In this document: piece by piece, positions 1 to 12,489 of the stretch
Layout of the letters: each line of letters begins with the position of its first letter
Position numbering within the stretch: the stretch's first letter is position 1
NCBI GenBank assembly: GCA_049999805.1
Contig: JBNGIO010005225.1
Coordinates: forward strand, 1 to 64,000
Length of the DNA: 64,000 bases
Direction: 5' to 3'
From: Folioceros fuciformis
Lineage: Eukaryota
Made by a program: the position numbers and the translations under genes
Notes under the pieces: model-generated
Databases searched by the model: none
The model's input: the letters and a program-made list of their open reading frames with translations, nothing else
What the model was told of the DNA's origin: nothing

Positions 1-543
1 TGGAGGGCCCCATGCCGTTTGTTGGCAGGCAGGCCCACTCTGATGATTTTGAATTCTTCCGTTGTGGCGCCTTCCTTCATCCGAAAGGCAGGAGCCCCAC
101 TCCTGCGCGTTGGGCTTTTCCTTTCCTACACCCAGCTGAATCACCAGCCACCGGCAGAGCACGTGGTTGCATGGCTCGCTTGTGCTCTGCTATGTAGGTC
201 TTGGCCGTGCTGCCAAGCTCCTCTGAGTGCTCGCTCCGGCGGAGTCTTCGCGTCCTCGGTGCCGGGGATAGTGCGGCAGCGGGGGTACCGCATTTCGCGC
301 ATTCCACCGTTTCTGCCGCTGCTTTGAGATGTTCTTGTGTGGCTTGCAGGTTTCTTCTTTCAGATCTTGCTCCTCGGCGACATCCGATGAAGAGCAGTTC
401 CTAATGCTGGATTCTCCGCATTGTGCTCTGCGTGCTTTGCAGNNNNNNNNNNNNNNNNNNNNNNNNNNNNNNNNNNNNNNNNNNNNNNNNNNNNNNNNNN
501 NNNNNNNNNNNNNNNNNNNNNNNNNNNNNNNNNNNNNNNNNNA

Positions 544-3500
544 CTTTGGAGCCAGGTTGACAGCAGACTTGACTGCTGCGGCTCGGAATCGGCAAGCTTT
601 CGCGGCAGTGAACGCAGCCCGTGAGTCATGTCCGGTCGGGCAAGCTGCCCTGCCTCCCAGTGCTGGGGAGTGGGAGGGCATGTCAACCACCAGTGCGGAT
701 GTGCAAGCTCTGCTAGGGATGAAAATGAGTGGGAAAAACAAGTACGACTACAAGGTGCAGTCCTCAAAACTTCCACAGTGTTGTTACGGTTTCGTTGCAG
801 CGCCGGAGGATGCTGATCAGCGTCGCATTCGAATGACAGGGAAGAAGCGAGCAGATGATGGAATACATCAAGAAATTGAGGGCTTGCATTAGACATTTTC
901 AGGAGGTAGAAACTGGACATCTTCTGGAGAAGGATCAGCTCAAGCAGCAGCTTGACAATGACAAACACAACTATGATGAAATTGGTAGGGCCTCTTTTCG
1001 TCCTTTGAAAGGATAGGCTTATTCTCCGCATCTCGGCCGGATATTTGGGCTAATGTCCTGGTTTTTGTACGTTCAGTCAGTGCCTCCAGGAAAAGGCAAG
1101 CAGAACTTGAATCCAAGCTCGAGGAGTGTATTCAGAAATGTTCCGGATTAGCAGAATGTCTCGCTGAGACAGACGCCCAGAAAGAGGTGAGCGGGTCTTT
1201 TTTTGGCTCCGCTAGTGGAGCAGTTTTTGGCACCACTGTTTTGGCGTCACCCGCTGCTCCCTAATACTTCGTTTCACAGGCCCTCATGCGGGTGCGACAG
1301 AAGGATGCGGAGTCATTGCAGGCTGCAGTTAGGAAGCAATCTCATCTCACTGATGAATTGGACAAAGCACGAAAGGAACTGGCTACTGCAACCCAGCAAG
1401 TAATGCACGTCACATGTTTGCAGCTTGTCAAAGGCATCCACTCCACTGTTCTTTTCAGGTTTGGATTGTGATTTGAGTTTTGCACGCCTGTGCTGACTGC
1501 TTTCAATCCTTAAGGTGGGATCCCTACAAGACATCAACAAGAGGCTGCAGGAATACAACGCAAGTTTGCAGCAGTATAATTGCAAACTTCAAGCGGATGG
1601 TACTGTTGCAGCTGAGGCAATCGCAAGGATCCAAAAGGAAAAGGCTGTCATCATGGAAACCCTCAGTACACTCCGAGGACATTCTGCAGCGCTGCAGAGC
1701 CAACTTGACTCCACGAAGGTATGAATGTAACGAATGGTCGCACAACTTCTTGTAACAGATTCGCACAGCTATTCAACGTTTCTTAAGTGCCCTTTTTTAT
1801 GACAAATGTTCCTTTCCAGGCAACACTTCAAGAAGCACAACGGCAGAAGAAGATACTTATCGATGATGGCGACAGACTTCGTGCTGAAATACAGCGGTTA
1901 GTCGAAGAGCGAGACCAACAAATGAGTCAGAATCAAGTTTTAGCCTCAGAGAATGCGCTGTACAAGGAGTGCACCGGACGCACTGCTGCAGATTTGGATT
2001 TCATTCAGAACAAAGCGGCTGCCCTGGAGGTATCACACAACGGTCAAGTCTTTTAACTAGTTGCATCTGACGTCTACCGACATGTGTTTGTTTCTCTGTC
2101 GACGAAAACGCACCAATGTTTGAACCTTGGTTTCCAGGAAAGCTGTATGAGTCAGTCAGACCTCATCAACAACTTGAAACTGCAGCTTGATCTGGCAAAT
2201 CATCAGCTGGAGGTGCGTTTTGTTGGTTGCTGTGTCGTTGTAGTGGAATCCACGTCCCGAAGAGACTGTTCCTCACGTAGATCACTCTGCGTCACGACAG
2301 GAGTCGGAGACAAGACTGCAGACACTGAAATCAGAGACAACGCTTCAAAGGAAGAAAGCGGAAGACCTGCAGGCACGCCTTAGTGAAGCTGAGACTCGTG
2401 TCATTGAAGGAGAGCTTCTTCGGAAAAAGCTTCACAACACAATCCTTGTAATTTCTCTCAGCATGTGACCATATCTTGACACTCGCTCGTAACAAACGCC
2501 GTGATTCTCCCTTGTTCCCTCTGCATTTCAACGCCTGGCCTGTTTATTTTGTTGCAGGAACTGAAAGGCAATATAAGAGTATTCTGCAGAGTTCGGCCAC
2601 TTCTCCCAGAAGATGAAGAAACAGCAGAGGCTCCTGTTGTACAGTATCCGAATTCGGTTGACCTCCTTGGCCGTGGCATTGAGCTTCTGCAGCCGCAAGG
2701 TATGTCTTCTGCTGCCGCAATCTGGGCTAATATGTTGATTTTGATCTTTCGTGCCACGTCGTTTTGATAGCATGTTTGTGCAGGTTCAAAACATGTGTTC
2801 TCGTTCGACAAAGTGTTTGGTCCTGATGTTCAACAGCAGCACGTCTTCACTGAAATCTCTCAGCTTGTGCAAAGTGCTCTTGATGGATACAAGGTACAAC
2901 CTCTGTTTGCAGGCACATCCTTGATCGACGAACCCCTACTGGTCTCAGTAATGTTCTCAAAAGCTTCGCTCGTTTGCAGGTTTGCATTTTTGCATATGGA
3001 CAAACAGGATCTGGGAAAACACACACTATGATGGGAAGTCCCAACCATCCAGACGATAAGGGTGTGATACCCAGAGCTTTAGAGCAGGTGTTCCAGTCAA
3101 GTCAGACACTCGAGACTCGGGGGTGGAATTTCAAAATGCAGGTCAGCTTTCCCTCATGCTAGACAGCAAGATTTTGATCTAAAACGGTGGTCACACGTGA
3201 CTGTCTCCTGACTGTGATGTGAACGCCTACTATTTCGATAGGCCTCAATGTTGGAGATCTACAATGAAACAATTCGAGACCTCCTTGTGAGTCCACGGAA
3301 TGCTGAGACTCGAAGCGACAATGGATCTAAGCAGCAGTATATTGTGAAGCATGATCAAAACGGCAATACAATCGTATCTGACCTGACAGTGGTTGAGGTT
3401 GTTAGTTGGAGGGAAGTCTCGTCTTTGCTCAGTCGTGCCTCCCTAAGCAGGTCAGTGTCTGATACTCACCGAGGTGGTGAAACGTTCGCTACACACTGCT

Positions 3501-4261
3501 CACCTCAGGTCATCTTATCTGTGTGGTTTCTCTGAACCAGGACTGTTGGTAAGACCGCGATGAACGAGCAGTCCTCGCGAAGTCACTGTGTTTTCACCAT
3601 GAGGATATCAGGACACAACGAGGTGTGCTCTGCTTCCTTATTTCATTTCCTTACCGGTTGGATCGCCGTTACAAGTAGCAATTGCTGAAGATTCTCCCTC
3701 CGTATGCAGAGCACTGAGCAGCAAGTTCAAGGTGTTTTGAATATGATTGATCTAGCGGGTAGCGAGCGCCTTTCCAGGAGTGGGGCAATAGGCGATCGGC
3801 TGAAGGAAACACAGGTTTGTTCATTCCGTATTCAATCATGTGTGCGGCTTTTGCAGCATTGAGTCAGCAGTTTCGTGTATTAATAGTCTCTGGTTTTCAG
3901 GCAATAAATAAGAGCTTGTCCAGCCTAGGTGATGTGATCATGGCTATAGCCAACAAGGAACAGCATATTCCCTACCGCAATTCGAAGCTGACTTATCTCC
4001 TCCAGGTATGGCAGTTGCAGGCGTTCAGTCGCTTTTTGTCACTTACGGGTTGTCAGCAGCTCCTGCCTAACCCGTTGATGCTGACTGCAGCCTTGCCTTG
4101 GAGGGGACTCAAAGACGCTCATGTTTGTCAACATATCCCCTGACTCCAAGTCTCTGAATGAATCTCTGTGCTCGTTGCGCTTTGCTGCTAAGGTGAACAC
4201 CTGTGAAATAGGTGTCCCACGGCGGCAAACCCTCTCCCATACATTCACTTCTCCTGCTTGA
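544..4261 (+). CDS. Kinesin-14 (C-terminal motor, ATK1/ATK5/KIFC1-like), multi-exon; the start is probably in or upstream of the N gap at 443-542
   Basis: Spliced exons give a coiled-coil stalk followed by [43 protein letters not shown] (P-loop), [43 protein letters not shown] and [14 protein letters not shown]. Stop TGA at 4259-4261; GT-AG introns of about 80-110 nt. Confidence 0.95.
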
Positions 4262-4947
4262 GTGTCCCTGCTTGACGCTATGCTGTTTACTCTTAGCTGG
4301 CATGGTGTGTGAGATGGGTTTCCGATGTCTCCCCGCATATTCCGGTCTCCTTCCTCCTTGAGCTGCTATTTCACAAGTTTCTGCAGATTCAATAGCACGC
4401 CGTTTGCCTTTCTTGAAGGGTCGTCATCAACTCGTCAACAATGTGCCCTGCATTCAACGCTACTCGAGTTGCAATGGTACTGACTGTAGAATGGCATGGT
4501 ACATATTTATGTGTCGCAATTGAGAACCGTTCAATTGCCATCCGTCTGTACCGGCAATCTGGCTGTAAAACTAATTCTTCAGCGTCAGAGTAAGAGCACG
4601 CTAGCCAAGTTCAGGCCTCGCGGAGGAGCATCATCTTGATGAACTTGTGCTGATTCCTCTGTGTTAGCATTTCCCCACCCATGTATAGTAAAGATTTTTA
4701 CGATATATATCCAACAAAGGTCTCAACTCGAAGTGGTGAGGTGTAAAATCTGATGCACCGTCTCATTGATTCGTCACCATCTTTCAGCTGGGGGCCTGTC
4801 GACGCAAAGATGAAATAATTGACAAAAGAGTGTTATGGTCCTCAGCAATCCGAAGAGTACATATCCTCCCGAAGGAAGTATTTGAAAAAAGCTACTGCCT
4901 AACAATAAAATGAACTTCATCAAAGGGGTGAAGGGCACAGGCAGAGC

Positions 4948-5427
4948 CTAGTCTCCAGAGGTGACGAGCTGCAGGGAGAGTAGCTCGTCTTCTGGAATAG
5001 TGCGAATTGTGCAGTCAGAGCGGGGATAGGCAACACACATTAGTGTATACCCTTGATCAACGACGTCGTCGCTGAGCATCCCCTCCGACTGATCTACTTT
5101 TCCCTGCTCCAGTTTGGCGGGGCAGGTCATGCACACTCCTAGCCGACAATCATATGGCAAATCCAAACCCGCGTCCAACGCCTTGGACAAAATGCTCTCG
5201 TCCTCATCCACCTCCAACACATGCTTTTTGCCGCCATGTAGTACCTCCACGGTGTGCGCTCTGCATTGCAGTCGCCGCCTGCTTGGGCTGCTTCCTCCAC
5301 GCCACCCGCTCCGTGAGAGGATAACCCGACCTGTGCTTCCTACTCTGGAGGAGGTAACCTGAACGCACTCCCGCGCCAGACCACCGCTAGCGCAGGCACA
5401 GAGGGAGGACGAAAGCAAGGCCGCCAT
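4948..5427 (-). CDS. FdC1: Plastid ferredoxin C1 (2Fe-2S, C-terminally extended), single exon
   Basis: LPYDCRLGVCMTC...C cluster motif and C-terminus IPEDELLSLQL typical of FdC1; Ser/Arg-rich transit peptide; ATG at 5427. Confidence 0.9.
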   Translation of the reverse strand: MAALLSSSLCACASGGLARECVQVTSSRVGSTGRVILSRSGWRGGSSPSRRRLQCRAHTVEVLHGGKKHVLEVDEDESILSKALDAGLDLPYDCRLGVCMTCPAKLEQGKVDQSEGMLSDDVVDQGYTLMCVAYPRSDCTIRTIPEDELLSLQLVTSGD

Positions 5428-5776
5428 GCTCACTTTCTATCGGTGACCCCTCGTAGCTTCACATCACAGGGAAGCCGCTCGTCATGTTCCTACAATGGCG
5501 GCGAACACTACTGCGCCCGCGTCCTGGGCTTACTGGTCCGTGGATAATGTTAAAAGAATTTGCGGTCCTAAATGCATTTTTTGTCTTTACTCAGATAAAA
5601 GCATAAGACTGGAGTGAAGATCGCTGGCTGGTTGCTTGCGTAACCCAAAGTGGATATCCAGCCCACGCACGGACTCCGCCTACGGCTACGTCTACAAGAC
5701 AGAATTACAGTACAAGGTGCGTCTGACGTCCAACAAAGAGAGTGGACAGGCGAGGGGTTTCCAGGACCTGGCAACA

Positions 5777-8700
5777 TCACTTGTTCTTGTTCTGTGAGTA
5801 GGATAAGGGCCGCGGGCTTGGAGGCAGGTAATCGAAGTATTCAATAGGTGGAGCACCTCCTGTTCCCCATTTCAATCTGGAAGATGAGTTACAACACAGG
5901 AGAGGTTCATAGACAGACCCTGAATCATACGCTGACTCCTCATCAGCACATATTCTGGTCAGAGTAATCGTGTAATCCTTGTCCATCATTCTCCCAGCTG
6001 TCTGCACACCAGATGCTCCTGAGTGGAGTGGCCGTGACCGTTCCAGCTGCTGCAGTACGTTGATTGCACTAGGTCGATAGACAAAACGCCCATACTTGAG
6101 GGCAAGCACTGGTCCCATTCCTACCACTAGTATCAGCAGCAGAGACAACCAGTATGTGGGCTGCGCACATAACCGGAACATTATAGTGTACATCCCACCT
6201 TGCCTGAACATGCTGACCACAAAGTTGATGAAGTAAAATGCTGCAAGGTTGCCCCAAATTGCAACGTGCTGATAGATGGTGAAAGAGTTTGTTTCCAAAG
6301 TAACAAGAAACGTCTCCAACCAAATGCAACCAGAAAGCGCAACCATGGACAGCTCCTCTGTGTCACACTTGCTGTGCGCGTAGACATGGATAGTCACTAC
6401 AAAGACTACCCCTGCGTGGAAAACTGCTCGTGCGAACCACCCTGCGAACGTACTCGGATTCATCATCCTCCCTGCTTGACAGATAAACAGAATTTGTGGA
6501 TGCTGAAGAACAGTCTTCTCGCTTATGTCTTTATCCAAAGTTGCCATCATAACTGGTACGCTTGTGTATACCACGTTGTAGGCCATTAGACTAAAAGAAT
6601 TGAAAAGACTTGTTCCCGCTATTCCTGAGAGGAAAGAGAAATATATCTGGATGAAACAGATGAGCAAAGACTTATATATAGAATACTGCGCAAGAAATGA
6701 GGTCCGAATGTATGAGTATCGCCCATGCACCAATATGAGTCGCTTCAAAAATCTAAATTTCCCAATGCTGAAGTCTGCAGCCCTTGCTGCTTGCAGGCCT
6801 TCCTGTCCACTAATTCCCACTCCAACATGGGCCTCCTGTATCATTTTAACATCATTACCACCATCACCAATGGCCAGTGTTCGATAATCACAGCTCTTCA
6901 CCATTTCCACAAGCTGCGCCTTTTGAGAAGGGGTCACTCGACAGCATATGGCTGTCTTGGCAAGCATCGTTAACTCAACAAAAGAATCATAGCGGTGCTG
7001 CAGCGCCAGTTCAAGAGCCAAACCATCTATGACAAATGCTCCATCTTTGTGCTCAATTGAAGCAATGCGCAACGTGCGTAGCACCCTCTCCAGACTGACA
7101 GACACCTCATTCGGGGTCTTTCCTTCGATGTGCAAGACGTGACCATGTGGTTCAGGCAGCACCAAGTTGCAAGCCAACGCAATTTGAACTGCCGTACTAT
7201 GCTTATCCCCGGTCAACATCCAGAAGATAATCCCAGCCTTCCTCAGAGTCTCTATAGTCTCTGGGACACCTTCCTGCAGCTTATCCTCAATGCCTGTTAC
7301 ACCAAGGAGCTCCACATTTCTCTCTAACCGCTGGCAGATCTCAGCAACTTTCCAGTCCCTCTCTATCATAGAGCTGCTTGCTGCCCGAAAATCAGATGAC
7401 CATCCCTGATACTCCTCTTCGCTTAAGTCACGATACGCAAGGCACAGGGTTCTCAAACCCGTTCTTGCGTAATTTTCACAAGCCTCCGCTACCGGTCTGA
7501 CTAGCTGATCACTCCGAGCAAGAGGCAACACTGTCTCATCAGCACCTTTGGTTAACAACATCAGCTTCATTGTCACAGCATCACGGATTATCACGGACAT
7601 TCTTTTCCTGTCTGATGTAAACTCCAGAACATCCAGCAGCTCGTACTTCTGCACTGTTCCTAGGAAATTAACTTCAATAGTCGAACCAACTACGTACGTC
7701 AAAACCATGCCAAGCTGGTAAGCTGCATTAACTAAAGCTTCCTCATCCTGAGACTGGGCTTTGTAGGACACAATCCCCTCCACACTTTTGCTGGGGACCA
7801 CGGTGTTACACATAGTCATGACCATCAAGAACTTAACAACATCTGGATCCTTAAGCCCAACAGCTCTGGTCAGCGAGGAATCTGTAAGCGCATCACCAGA
7901 TAGACCACCGTAAGATGTGCCTTTGATGCAACAACTCTTGAACAGCATGATGTTTTCAGTCAGCGTGCCAGTCTTATCTGTAAGGATAAATTCCACTTGA
8001 CCTAGATCTTCACTGATACCAGTGTTGGCAACAGCCGCGGGTGTATCAGTCCTTTCGTCATACATGTGCAGGTCCCAGTCAATGAACTTGGCATACAAAC
8101 CTTTTGCTAAATCCAGAGAGACCTTGATAGAGATTGGGATCATAATGGAAGAAAGCAGCTCAAATCGGAGCGGAATCACCAGAAACTCAAACCACGGAGT
8201 ATGCTTCGGGTACCTGAGAAACCACATTTTCTTAGACTCCCAAGCCCTCCAGATGTTCCCAGCTACCCCGAGAATGAGCACAACTACCAGTTGAAAAGCA
8301 AAAATTGCGGCGGTAAGTTTGTCAATCATGCTGTCTACTGCAGTCAACTTTGGCTCTGGAAGGCCCTTACTCATACCAACTTTCGTCTCATTCCCTGTGT
8401 ACACGGCAACACCACAAGCCCATTCTGTATTCCGCAAGGTGCATGACTGCAACAAAATGTTATTTGCTGTAAGTGGACAAAAATCATTGTCCACGAATGG
8501 AGGAAATAGCCTCAAATTACCATCGAATCTTCTCAAATCTGCATCTGGGCCGGGACACTGTATCAAACCTTTCACTTTGTGCAAAAGGTCGCTGGTGAGA
8601 CCTGTGCAAGGGAGAGGCACAGACCTAGTTTTGAGATCGGCCTCTCCATCTATAGCAGCAGTTTCCACAAAACAGACACCATTAGGCTCCGATGTGCCCA

Positions 8701-9163
8701 AGAGCACCATATCACAGGGAACTTCGTCGTTTTGACAGATCCACACGAGATCCCCCACATGAATGTCCTGAGACCGAATCTGGGTTTTCAGACCATTTTG
8801 CACAACCCATATCCTCCTTTCATTCGCCACCTTGTCCTGCGTGTATCGATAGTAATCATCCCAAGCCTCCTTAAACGCAGAGACTGCGAAAATAATAATG
8901 AGCGGTCCCCATGTGCTCACCGGGCTCACTGGCGTGATGAGGGGCCATAGCTGCAAACAGGCAATGAGCAGGAAATACTGGTTCATAAACCGACTGAATT
9001 GCTCCCAGAGATTCTTGGGAATAAAATTCAACAAATTGTACTTGGTGTTGGAGATTTTATTGTCACTGTATACATCCACCGTGGGGCCACTGTCGTTCAC
9101 ATAGATGAGTCTATGAGAGGGCCCGAGGAAGCGCTCCATAGGTGGAATCCTCCGCTTGGCCAT
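5777..9163 (-). CDS. ALA2: P4-ATPase phospholipid flippase, ALA2-like, 1128 aa, CDS without introns
   Basis: DKTGTLT phosphorylation site, KYNLLNFIPKNLWEQFSRFMNQYF, PISI, QSQDEEAL, FTSDRKRMS, TGDK, AIGDGGNDV and C-terminal TM helices. Confidence 0.93.
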   Translation of the reverse strand: MAKRRIPPMERFLGPSHRLIYVNDSGPTVDVYSDNKISNTKYNLLNFIPKNLWEQFSRFMNQYFLLIACLQLWPLITPVSPVSTWGPLIIIFAVSAFKEAWDDYYRYTQDKVANERRIWVVQNGLKTQIRSQDIHVGDLVWICQNDEVPCDMVLLGTSEPNGVCFVETAAIDGEADLKTRSVPLPCTGLTSDLLHKVKGLIQCPGPDADLRRFDGNLRLFPPFVDNDFCPLTANNILLQSCTLRNTEWACGVAVYTGNETKVGMSKGLPEPKLTAVDSMIDKLTAAIFAFQLVVVLILGVAGNIWRAWESKKMWFLRYPKHTPWFEFLVIPLRFELLSSIMIPISIKVSLDLAKGLYAKFIDWDLHMYDERTDTPAAVANTGISEDLGQVEFILTDKTGTLTENIMLFKSCCIKGTSYGGLSGDALTDSSLTRAVGLKDPDVVKFLMVMTMCNTVVPSKSVEGIVSYKAQSQDEEALVNAAYQLGMVLTYVVGSTIEVNFLGTVQKYELLDVLEFTSDRKRMSVIIRDAVTMKLMLLTKGADETVLPLARSDQLVRPVAEACENYARTGLRTLCLAYRDLSEEEYQGWSSDFRAASSSMIERDWKVAEICQRLERNVELLGVTGIEDKLQEGVPETIETLRKAGIIFWMLTGDKHSTAVQIALACNLVLPEPHGHVLHIEGKTPNEVSVSLERVLRTLRIASIEHKDGAFVIDGLALELALQHRYDSFVELTMLAKTAICCRVTPSQKAQLVEMVKSCDYRTLAIGDGGNDVKMIQEAHVGVGISGQEGLQAARAADFSIGKFRFLKRLILVHGRYSYIRTSFLAQYSIYKSLLICFIQIYFSFLSGIAGTSLFNSFSLMAYNVVYTSVPVMMATLDKDISEKTVLQHPQILFICQAGRMMNPSTFAGWFARAVFHAGVVFVVTIHVYAHSKCDTEELSMVALSGCIWLETFLVTLETNSFTIYQHVAIWGNLAAFYFINFVVSMFRQGGMYTIMFRLCAQPTYWLSLLLILVVGMGPVLALKYGRFVYRPSAINVLQQLERSRPLHSGASGVQTAGRMMDKDYTITLTRICADEESAYDSGSVYEPLLCCNSSSRLKWGTGGAPPIEYFDYLPPSPRPLSYSQNKNK

Positions 9164-12100
9164 AGCGAGTCACAAACCTAATCTCCTGACCCCCATCAGT
9201 CAAGGCACTCCCATCTCGAAACGGCCGTGCTACACCCCGCCTGACAGCAATTCCCCCGGAAGATCAGCTCGGGACCGAGGCCTAAATTGCTCAAAGTAAC
9301 GATTACCCAACATCGAACAAACATTCCCAGGAATCCGTGCGCTCCCCGTTTCCGGCAGCTCCGAGTATCCCATGCTTCCCTCGCAGAAGCAAATATACAA
9401 CCTGCACAGCAAGTACACAAGACCGCTCCTCCGCCACCCAGGCCTCAGGCTTACCAATTCCTTGCTTTCAACCCCGAATGCATTCAGCGAGCACCTGGCC
9501 GTGCTTAGGACTCACGTCTCGGCAGAGAGAGCACCGACACAGCTCGCGATGAGCTTCCACGAGACCAATCCTCAACTTCTGCGGTGCAAAGGCCGAGACG
9601 GCACCAATGCAGCGTGCCAGAGGAAGGCGAAGCCTGACCATCACTCAACGCGAATTGACGAGTCAGGCAAAGCCAAGCAGCAGTCCAAGCAGCTGCGACG
9701 CCCAGCCGCAGGTCTATACAAGGCTGTCACCAGCAGAGGCGAGAAAGGCCACGATGGGGCAATTACAGGCCGGCCGCACCGCCCCAGCACCAATTTTCTA
9801 GGAGCACATTCGCAGCACATGCAAGATACTGAGGAGCTTCTTCACGTGTTCAAAACTCAACGCCTCGTCTGGTTGGACTAGTAACACTTAATATTTCCTT
9901 TTCCTGAGGTTACTAAGTCGAACGAGAATACACAATGTCTACAATCCACCCCGACTGTGTTATTCCCAACATTAGAGTGTGGATAAATATAGGAGTGTGG
10001 ATAACCATATAGCGCACTTATAAAATACAGATATGTCATGCTAGCTTTCACACAAAGTTTTGTGCGGCAATATATGGTCCAAAAGTTGGTCCAAACTTTT
10101 GGACGTAACACATCTACCCCCTTGTCGTAGGGTGCCATCTAGCTAAGAGTCTGTGTTCCTGGCCTACCCAAGAATTTCTCAGATTTGTGGACAATTGTTT
10201 CAGCTCCCTCCATGGTATCAGACTCCTTTGAACCATCCTCTTTGAAGTTTGAGGCCCCGCCCATAGCTTGGACAATGGTTGTCAAGGGTGACGAACCCAT
10301 TCCCACAGCTTCAGCAGTGCCAAGCTCTTCCCCAACTCCACTCTAGTTCGAGGCACCTTGGTTTTGAGCAATCACGGAGTCAGTCACCTCCCTTGATTCT
10401 TTTACGGAGATGTTAGGCGTAATAGGCTGCTATCATCACACTCTGCTCTTGGGAATCCGAGGCTGTCAAGGAATAATCCTGCTGCTCAAAAAGCATGTTG
10501 GCTCCTCATCACTTCCATCCGATGGCAAGCCCCATACAAAGACATGTGAAACCAGCAAGAAATCTACTTTTGGGAAAATGGTAGAGACTCACACCACTTC
10601 TTCATTACAGTGACACATGAGTCCTCAAAGTCAGCATGTAGGTTTTGCCAAGCCTTCACACAAGGAGTCTATGCTCCCTTCTAATCTAGCCTAGCCTAGC
10701 TACACTCTGAGACTTGAATGTAACTCTAGCACATGCTCGGAATGCAAATGGCAGAGCTTGAAGACGCACCCAGATTGCAGTTCCTAGTGTGACCAAATGT
10801 AGCGAGAGCAAAACCTTGCTTCTAAACTTCCAAATGCAATTAGTCCTTGAATACAACTCCAAATCAAACAAAAAATCAAGGCAAGCAGTTTAGTGTAACG
10901 CGGGTGCTATGACCCATAGAAGGTTGGTAGCCCTAAACAATTGTTAGGTCAACGTTGTTGTAGTTGCAACTCTTCTGCAGCTGGCAGGTCGGAGGTGATG
11001 TTGCCTTGATGTAGGTGTGTGGCCACCTCCTCCTCCTCCAAGCTCAGCCACACTCAAGTCCCACAAGGAGTAGTTGCTAGAAGTAAATGAGAACCAATAC
11101 AATGCCTTGTGATGAAACACCCTAGCGTTCTATCACGCACATCTATAAGTTCTAAATAAAGAAAGAGTCATAGTGAGACCGCAGTAGCGCCGTGCTGGGA
11201 GACTCGGCTTGTGAGCATCCATCCTCCAGATGCAAGGTTTACAGCAGACCTCAGCGTTCACCGTTCTATCTTCTATGCACACATCTCTCTCGCCTCCATG
11301 CACACCCCTAACTGGCCTCGATTTCAAGTCTGAGTTTTCGCCACTCCAATCCATAACCTGCTCAAGGGGACGTCCCTTCTTGCCTCCCTCGCCATGCAAT
11401 CACATAGATGTGAGGAGGAAAAGGGGGACAAACAAACAATAGTGGGGAATGAAATGCCTACCTTTATTTCATAGCCTATGAGGGCAAGGCAAAGCTACAT
11501 AGGGTCTCACCCCACAACACACACACCCCTAAGGTACTGGACAGATCCCCCCTTCCCCTCATTACTACAGAGAGCGAAGGAGGCAAATGCCTGTCCACGC
11601 CTACAAAGTGGCCTCCTCCTACATCCACGCATGTAGGTAGGCATCCGAGCGCTCCATTGTGATTTTGCACTCTCTGCACAATGTGGACAAGCCCAAGTGC
11701 AAGTAGTACATATAAGGCAGATAGTCCAGACCCTCCAGGCCTTTCACATAAGCGTTATCGCGGGCGACTTGCAATGCCTGCATAGAGCACAGAAGAGGCT
11801 GTGGGTTATAATTACCACCATCTGCAATGAGGACAACGCAAAATAAGCAACTATAATGTGGAGGGTTGGTTTGCTTGCAAGGTGCAACGCTAAAAGGAAA
11901 TTGCAGATAGCATGCTCAAACGCCACTGCAATATGCTGGTTGACTAGGGCCATCTGAAGCAACAACCTGCAACACACCTTGCATGTATGAACAACAACAA
12001 CAACTCTACCTACATGGTGCAGCCACAAAATGCATTGTATGTTTGCAGTTACAATCACTACACTTAAACTGCACCCACAATGCTGCACCATAAATTGCCA

Positions 12101-12489
12101 GTGCAACTCTGTTTACAAAGCATTCTCTCCAACTACTCTTTGCTTGGCCATGTCCACATGGAATGTGGAAGTGCAAGTTGCGTTTGCAAGAACCCCTTAC
12201 AATTATCAACATCCATCACGAAATGCAAGCTGCAACCACATTTCTCAGCCACATGTAACAGCTACAGGGTTTAGGTCTCCAATCTCTTGCCACTGTCATG
12301 AGAATTTCACTTATTCAACTGCACTGCATGCCCCAGGAAATGTACATTTGTCATCTCCTCCACCATTGCAGCTCAACTTCCAAGGACAATGTAGTAACAA
12401 GCATCCATTGCACAATCATGCACAAGTCAGTTACGGGTCAACATCAAAAGCTTGCAGCCACGCCTGCATAACTGCAAAAGCTCACCCCA

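Noticed and set aside
443-542. ORFs spanning the N runs (also 51766-51865 and 55054-55153)
   Set aside because: Exactly 100 N each, so these are scaffold gaps of unknown size and the spanning ORFs are artefacts.
10211-10224. ca-TGGTATCAGA resembling an LTR end plus tRNA-iMet primer-binding site
   Set aside because: Only 10 nt match, and I found no paired LTR or downstream gag/pol ORF. Likely chance or too decayed to support.
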